DNA from: Candidatus Dojkabacteria bacterium
GTDB taxonomy: Bacteria; Patescibacteriota; Dojkabacteria; J137
Direction: 5' to 3'
DNA: 64,000 bases
NCBI GenBank assembly: GCA_040006935.1
Contig: JBDTVZ010000003.1
Location: 139,988-203,987, forward strand
Both the position numbers and the translations under genes were made by a program. Shown one piece after another: positions 59,838 through 64,000 of the stretch. The notes beneath the pieces are model-generated. The model was not told where the DNA came from. It did not search any database and saw only the letters and a list, made by a program, of their open reading frames with translations. The first letter of the stretch is position 1. Each line of letters begins with the position of its first letter.

Positions 59838-59978
59838 CTGTTTGTACAGTGTTACCACCTCTATTCCGCAAGTGAAGCTTGCAGCACTCATTAATGCTAT
59901 AACGGGCAACCCGGAAAGTTCTACTTAATTTCTTCTTTCTACATTCCTTAGTGACGTTAGGCTAAGGTTTATCGTATT
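59833..59978 (-). ncRNA. T-box riboswitch (Val) leader of valS
   Basis: mRNA: stem I CCUUAG-CCUAAC-GUC-A-CUAAGG; GAAAG/CUUUC; CGGG-UUG-CCCGUUA; stem III CUGCAAG/CUUGCGG; antiterminator GAGG-UGGUAAC-ACUGU-ACAA-ACAGU-CCUC. Confidence 0.88.
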
Positions 59979-59984
59979 TATGAG

Positions 59985-60013
59985 ATTATACAGTGGGTAT
60001 TTGTAATTTACAA
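59985..60013 (-). promoter_or_regulatory. Putative sigma70 promoter of T-box/valS transcript
   Basis: TTGTAA-N17-TATAAT just upstream of stem I. Confidence 0.6.
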
Positions 60014-60076
60014 TAATATTTACAAAGTATAATTATTACTGATAATATAGAGTAATTATCCTTTAGTTTAATTCAA

Positions 60077-60616
60077 ATGACAGATACTAAATCCAATACT
60101 GTTAAAGAACAGGCAAATCAATTTATTAACAAAATGAGTAATGATTATCTTGTAATAAGGAATTTATTAGGATTATCGTGTTTTGCGCTAGCATTTGGCT
60201 TATTTTTATCCTACGCATTTGTTAGAGGAGATCTAGTTAAAACTGCAGTGGCATTAATGGGAATTGTAGTTATGTTTTTAGGGTCTGGACTTATTTTAGA
60301 ATTCATTTTAAAAACTGTTGCACTTGAAAATAATCCCAATGTTAAGAGATTCAGTGCATTATTCTCTGTGAATATGATTTTAGGATTGGCAGTCCCATTA
60401 TTCATCATCAACATGATTATGTGGGGAGTTGTTCAACTATTTTCTCAAATAACTAATTACGGAACTGCATTATGTGAAATTAGACAAAGTTTTGTGAGGT
60501 TCTACTATTACAATGGAATTTTCTTTACTGTGAATGAATTTATTAAGTTAGTTGTAGTGACTTCATTTTTCGTATTTGTATTTGGAGCTTTGGTAGAAAG
60601 ATACTGGAAGAAATAA
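60077..60616 (+). CDS. Hypothetical 4-TM membrane protein
   Basis: Hydrophobic ORF followed by terminator. Confidence 0.7.
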   Translation: MTDTKSNTVKEQANQFINKMSNDYLVIRNLLGLSCFALAFGLFLSYAFVRGDLVKTAVALMGIVVMFLGSGLILEFILKTVALENNPNVKRFSALFSVNMILGLAVPLFIINMIMWGVVQLFSQITNYGTALCEIRQSFVRFYYYNGIFFTVNEFIKLVVVTSFFVFVFGALVERYWKK

Positions 60617-60631
60617 TCTTACCAAGACATT

Positions 60632-60659
60632 AAAAAAGGCCGATTGCTCGGCCTTTTTT
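60632..60659. terminator. Bidirectional intrinsic terminator
   Basis: AAAAAAGGCCGA-TTGC-TCGGCCTTTTTT between convergent genes. Confidence 0.9.
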
Positions 60660-60673
60660 CTAATAAATTTCAA

Positions 60674-62068
60674 TTAGATGTTTATCACTTCAAAGATATT
60701 TGGGAAGTACTCACCCCCTCCAAATGGAGTTTTACAGATTAAAAGTACTTTTTCTCCCTTATTCACAAACCCTTCCTTTAAAGATTTCTCTACGATACTT
60801 TTAATTGCAGCATCTCTATCTGTATGAGTTTCTTCTTGTACAAATGCATTAAAGATTCCCTTGCTCAACATTAAGGTTCTCATGTAAAAATCTGAGCTTA
60901 CAAATGCATAAATAGGTTGTTTGATAGAATGTCTTCCAAGCAATCTAGCAGTTGTACCGGACTTAGAAACTACAATTACTTTACTAATTTCGTCTTCAGA
61001 ATTAATACATAATTCCGCAGCAGCTTTTGTTAAAGCATCGGTGGAATTTGTTGAGTGTGCCTTATATTTTACAATTTGAGGTTCAATCTGAGGTTCTATC
61101 TCGGTTGCAATTTTTGTCATATATTTTACCGCCTCAACAGGATATTCGCCTGTAGTAGTTTCTGCAGACAACATAATTGCATCTGTTCTTAATAAAATTG
61201 CAGTAGCTACATCGTTTACTTCTCCTCTTGTTGGCCTTGGATTGCTAATCATAGATTCGAACATTTGAGTTGCAGTAATTACTGGCTTTCCTGCTTCGTT
61301 ACACTTTCTAATTAACATTCTCTGCACCATTGGAACTTTTTCCAATCCTAATTGAAGCCCTAAATCTCCTCTCCCGATCATAATTCCATCAACCTCTGGA
61401 AGAATTTCATCAATGTTATCTACTCCTTGTTGGTTTTCGATTTTTGCAATTAATTTCATTTTATCTCCCATCACAGCTCTCACTTCTTTTGCGGCGGCAG
61501 CACTTCTAATGAAAGATGCCGAGACAAAATCCCAATTTAGGTCTATACAATGTTTAATATTTTCTTTATCTTTCTCTGTTAACGTAGTGGCACCGTATTC
61601 TGCGTTAGGAATTGTTATGCCTTTTGCAGGTTTCAAAACATTCCCATAAGTTACTTCACAATGCATTTGTCCATCTTTAATTTCTTTTATAATCAATTCT
61701 GTATCTCCATCGCCTACTATAATTCTTTGCCCAGCTTTTAAGTATTTATATAAATCTGGGTAACTAAGTGGGTATATTTCATCCTTGTCTGAAGATCCTA
61801 TAATTACTGGATCACCAATATTCAAATGCTTTTCTTCTGCGAATTTATTTAATCTAATTTGCGGACCTTTAACATCAATCATTAATGAAACTCTATCGCT
61901 TACATCTCGAACTAGCTTGCTTACTTTCTCTAGTTCTTCTCTATCGGCAAATGCTCCATTAACTCTTGCAACATTCATACCTGATTCGATCATATTTTTC
62001 ATTACTGTTGGATCCCATGTTGAAGGTCCAATTGTTACAACTATCTTCGTTTTTTTATTATAGTCCAT
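60674..62068 (-). CDS. pyk: Pyruvate kinase
   Basis: KTKIVVTIGP, IAKIEN, DGIMIGRGDLG, ATQMFESM, PRPTRGEVNDV, MLSAET. Confidence 0.97.
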   Translation of the reverse strand: MDYNKKTKIVVTIGPSTWDPTVMKNMIESGMNVARVNGAFADREELEKVSKLVRDVSDRVSLMIDVKGPQIRLNKFAEEKHLNIGDPVIIGSSDKDEIYPLSYPDLYKYLKAGQRIIVGDGDTELIIKEIKDGQMHCEVTYGNVLKPAKGITIPNAEYGATTLTEKDKENIKHCIDLNWDFVSASFIRSAAAAKEVRAVMGDKMKLIAKIENQQGVDNIDEILPEVDGIMIGRGDLGLQLGLEKVPMVQRMLIRKCNEAGKPVITATQMFESMISNPRPTRGEVNDVATAILLRTDAIMLSAETTTGEYPVEAVKYMTKIATEIEPQIEPQIVKYKAHSTNSTDALTKAAAELCINSEDEISKVIVVSKSGTTARLLGRHSIKQPIYAFVSSDFYMRTLMLSKGIFNAFVQEETHTDRDAAIKSIVEKSLKEGFVNKGEKVLLICKTPFGGGEYFPNIFEVINI

Positions 62069-62205
62069 AAAATTTTATAAAAATTATCTAATATCAATGT
62101 GAAATTGTAGCATAAAGCCTCTAGTATTTTCTCTAAAATAGGACTAGAAAACAATATGGTCGACATGTTATTCTTTATTGGCGATTTTATTTATTATCTA
62201 TTTTT

Positions 62206-62418
62206 ATGAAAGACTCTATTGAAGAAAACGGAACTGTTGAAAAGTTAGGTGAGATTAATAATCCATTGGTAGAAATTCCTGTCGATGAAATTGCTAAGTA
62301 CAGAGAATTAATAAATAGTGCAAGAATTTCATCAGTAGTAAAAGAAGAATTAACAAGTATGTTGATTGAAGGGAATACAAATTTCCTAAATGCATTTGAA
62401 GCATATACTTCAATTTAA
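62206..62418 (+). CDS. Small hypothetical protein
   Basis: 70-aa ATG-started ORF in pyk-eno gap followed by a hairpin. Confidence 0.45.
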   Translation: MKDSIEENGTVEKLGEINNPLVEIPVDEIAKYRELINSARISSVVKEELTSMLIEGNTNFLNAFEAYTSI

Positions 62419-62424
62419 TTTTAA

Positions 62425-62454
62425 TACTACACCTCTCAACTTGGAGGTGTAGTA
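62425..62454. terminator. Hairpin/likely terminator after eno
   Basis: TACTACACCTC/GAGGTGTAGTA. Confidence 0.6.
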
Positions 62455-62460
62455 AAATAC

Positions 62461-63702
62461 CTATAATTCTTCCTCAATTCTTAATAATTCATTGTACTTA
62501 GCGGTCCTCTCTCCTCTACTGGGTGCTCCTGTTTTAATTTGTCCACAGCCAGTTCCAACTGCAATATGAGAAATTGTTACATCTTCAGTTTCTCCACTTC
62601 TGTGAGAAATTACATTGTTCCAGCCAGCATCCGAAGACATCTTCATTGCGTTTAGAGTCTCTGTCAATGTTCCAATTTGATTAACTTTAACAAGTAATGC
62701 GTTACATGCTTTTTCTACAATTCCTTTCTCTACTCTCTTTACGTTTGTAACTAATAAATCATCTCCAACAATTTGGATTTTACTTCCAACTTTCGCTGTA
62801 AATGCTGTCCAATGTGACCAATCATCTTCTGCAAATGGATCCTCAATACTTCTAAAAGGATATTTTTCGACCCATCCTTCTAATGTAGCCATCCATTCAT
62901 CTGCAGATAACTCCTTGTTTTCAGTTTTTAAAGTGTAAGTTCCTTTTTCTGCATTGTAAAATTCACTAGAAGCAACGTCGATTGCAAAGAATATATCTTT
63001 TCCTAATTCATAACCAGCTTTTGAAATAGCTTCAGAAATTACCGTAAATGCTTCCTCATTATTTTTAAACCCTGGAGCATATCCACCTTCGTTTCCAATG
63101 TTTATGTTCAAACCTTTCTCTTCTAAGATTTTTCCTAAGTTTAGGAAGATTTCACAAGCAGCTCTTAATTGTTCGTGGTATGGTTTATTCTCTACAACAA
63201 TCATAAACTCTTGAATATCAGTTGCCCAGTTTGCATGCTTTCCTCCATTCATAATATTGAACATTGGACTTGGAAGTTTCATTTCTGGTTTTCCATAAAT
63301 TTCGTTTACATATTTATACAATGGAATTTTTTGAGATGCTGCCATTGCGTGTGCAAAAGCTAATGAGATTCCTAAAATTGCATTTGCTCCTAAAACAGAT
63401 TTAGTTTCAGTTCCATCTTTTTGAATTAACCAAGAGTCTAATGCATCTTGAGTATCAAACATCATTGCAGATAATTCTTCGCTTAAATTATTTACATTCG
63501 CTACTGCTTTGTTAACAGACTTTCCTAAAAAGTTAGATTTGTCCCCATCTCTAAGTTCTAGAGCCTCGTGAGTTCCAGTAGATGCCCCGCTTGGAATTGC
63601 AGCTCTTCCCATAGATCCGTCTTCTAAGTAAAGGTCAACTTCGATTGTTGGAGTCGCTCGAGAATCGATAATTTGCCTTGCGTGAACTTTTCTAATTTTC
63701 AT
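62461..63702 (-). CDS. eno: Enolase
   Basis: PSGASTG, NGGKHA, VGDDLLVTN, SHRSGETED, KYNELLRIEE. Confidence 0.98.
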   Translation of the reverse strand: MKIRKVHARQIIDSRATPTIEVDLYLEDGSMGRAAIPSGASTGTHEALELRDGDKSNFLGKSVNKAVANVNNLSEELSAMMFDTQDALDSWLIQKDGTETKSVLGANAILGISLAFAHAMAASQKIPLYKYVNEIYGKPEMKLPSPMFNIMNGGKHANWATDIQEFMIVVENKPYHEQLRAACEIFLNLGKILEEKGLNINIGNEGGYAPGFKNNEEAFTVISEAISKAGYELGKDIFFAIDVASSEFYNAEKGTYTLKTENKELSADEWMATLEGWVEKYPFRSIEDPFAEDDWSHWTAFTAKVGSKIQIVGDDLLVTNVKRVEKGIVEKACNALLVKVNQIGTLTETLNAMKMSSDAGWNNVISHRSGETEDVTISHIAVGTGCGQIKTGAPSRGERTAKYNELLRIEEEL

Positions 63703-63826
63703 TGCTTAGTTTTAAAAAATAATTAAATTCGAATGTAAAACACCTGATTATAGTTTTTTAGAGATTTGTTTTCAACTCAAATTGTTGATGATTTGTACAG
63801 ACAGATATTCAGATTTCACATTTACC

Positions 63827-63973
63827 TGTTATAATCCTAGTAAATCTAAATGCTTGGTGGCTTTGGATTCGAATGGTATCCAGGAAACTGGTGCACGATC
63901 TTTAAAAATCCGGTGTACTAAAATATACGTCGAAAAGAGTTCATGATTATTCAGGGATTCTTTTCGACGTATA
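63827..63973 (+). promoter_or_regulatory. Extended -10 promoter followed by unidentified structured RNA/leader
   Basis: TGnTATAAT at 63827-63835; CCAG-GAAA-CTGG; GTGCAC/GTGTAC; 15-bp perfect IR 63924-63973. Confidence 0.45.
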
Positions 63974-64000
63974 GAAATAACACCTAATTGTGAACGACAA

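Noticed and set aside
59808-59909. 34-aa N-terminal extension of the four-helix-bundle ORF in the ORF track
   Set aside because: It overlaps the T-box antiterminator and stem III; family similarity begins at MQDF (59807).
145-63363. Numerous short antisense or nested ORFs (e.g. 145-474, 29991-30344, 51668-52072, 57057-57401)
   Set aside because: Shadow frames of well-supported genes with no recognisable motifs.
63855-63880. GGATTCGA similarity to the tmRNA 5' end or a tRNA T-arm
   Set aside because: No GGGG acceptor strand, GAC continuation or cloverleaf; kept only as an unidentified structure.

Overview
AT-rich bacterial chromosomal DNA. Several features point to Patescibacteria/CPR, possibly Dojkabacteria-like (inference): few obvious Shine-Dalgarno sites, an archaeal/eukaryal-type TyrRS, a PPIase-less trigger factor and a short ValRS. 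Contents in order: 3' part of an OB-fold/TyrRS fusion; surface and membrane genes including an acyltransferase-DUF2341-deacetylase fusion and an Ig/C39 protein; an ECF sigma/anti-sigma operon; murE-like ligase; Fic, recA, tig and recF; the infA-rpmJ-rpsM-rpsK-rpsD-rpoA-rplQ-rplM-rpsI cluster; a ~21 kb surface-glycan locus (GT2/GT4/GT-C, UbiA+PAP2, SMR-type flippase pair, methyltransferases, wzm/wzt); an S8 protease with a 7-repeat propeller; valS, pyk and eno. The most notable item is a T-box riboswitch upstream of valS. It has an ultrashort stem I with an apical Val (GUC) specifier, and a four-helix-bundle (IVP-like) gene flanked by inverted heptamer repeats sits between its antiterminator and valS. 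Other highlights are an operator array over a consensus promoter of the Fic gene, an L36 with a ~12-aa insertion missed by the ORF track, REP/MITE-like palindromic elements and an unidentified structured leader at the window end. No rRNA, tRNA or CRISPR array was seen. All calls are from motif reading, not database searches.
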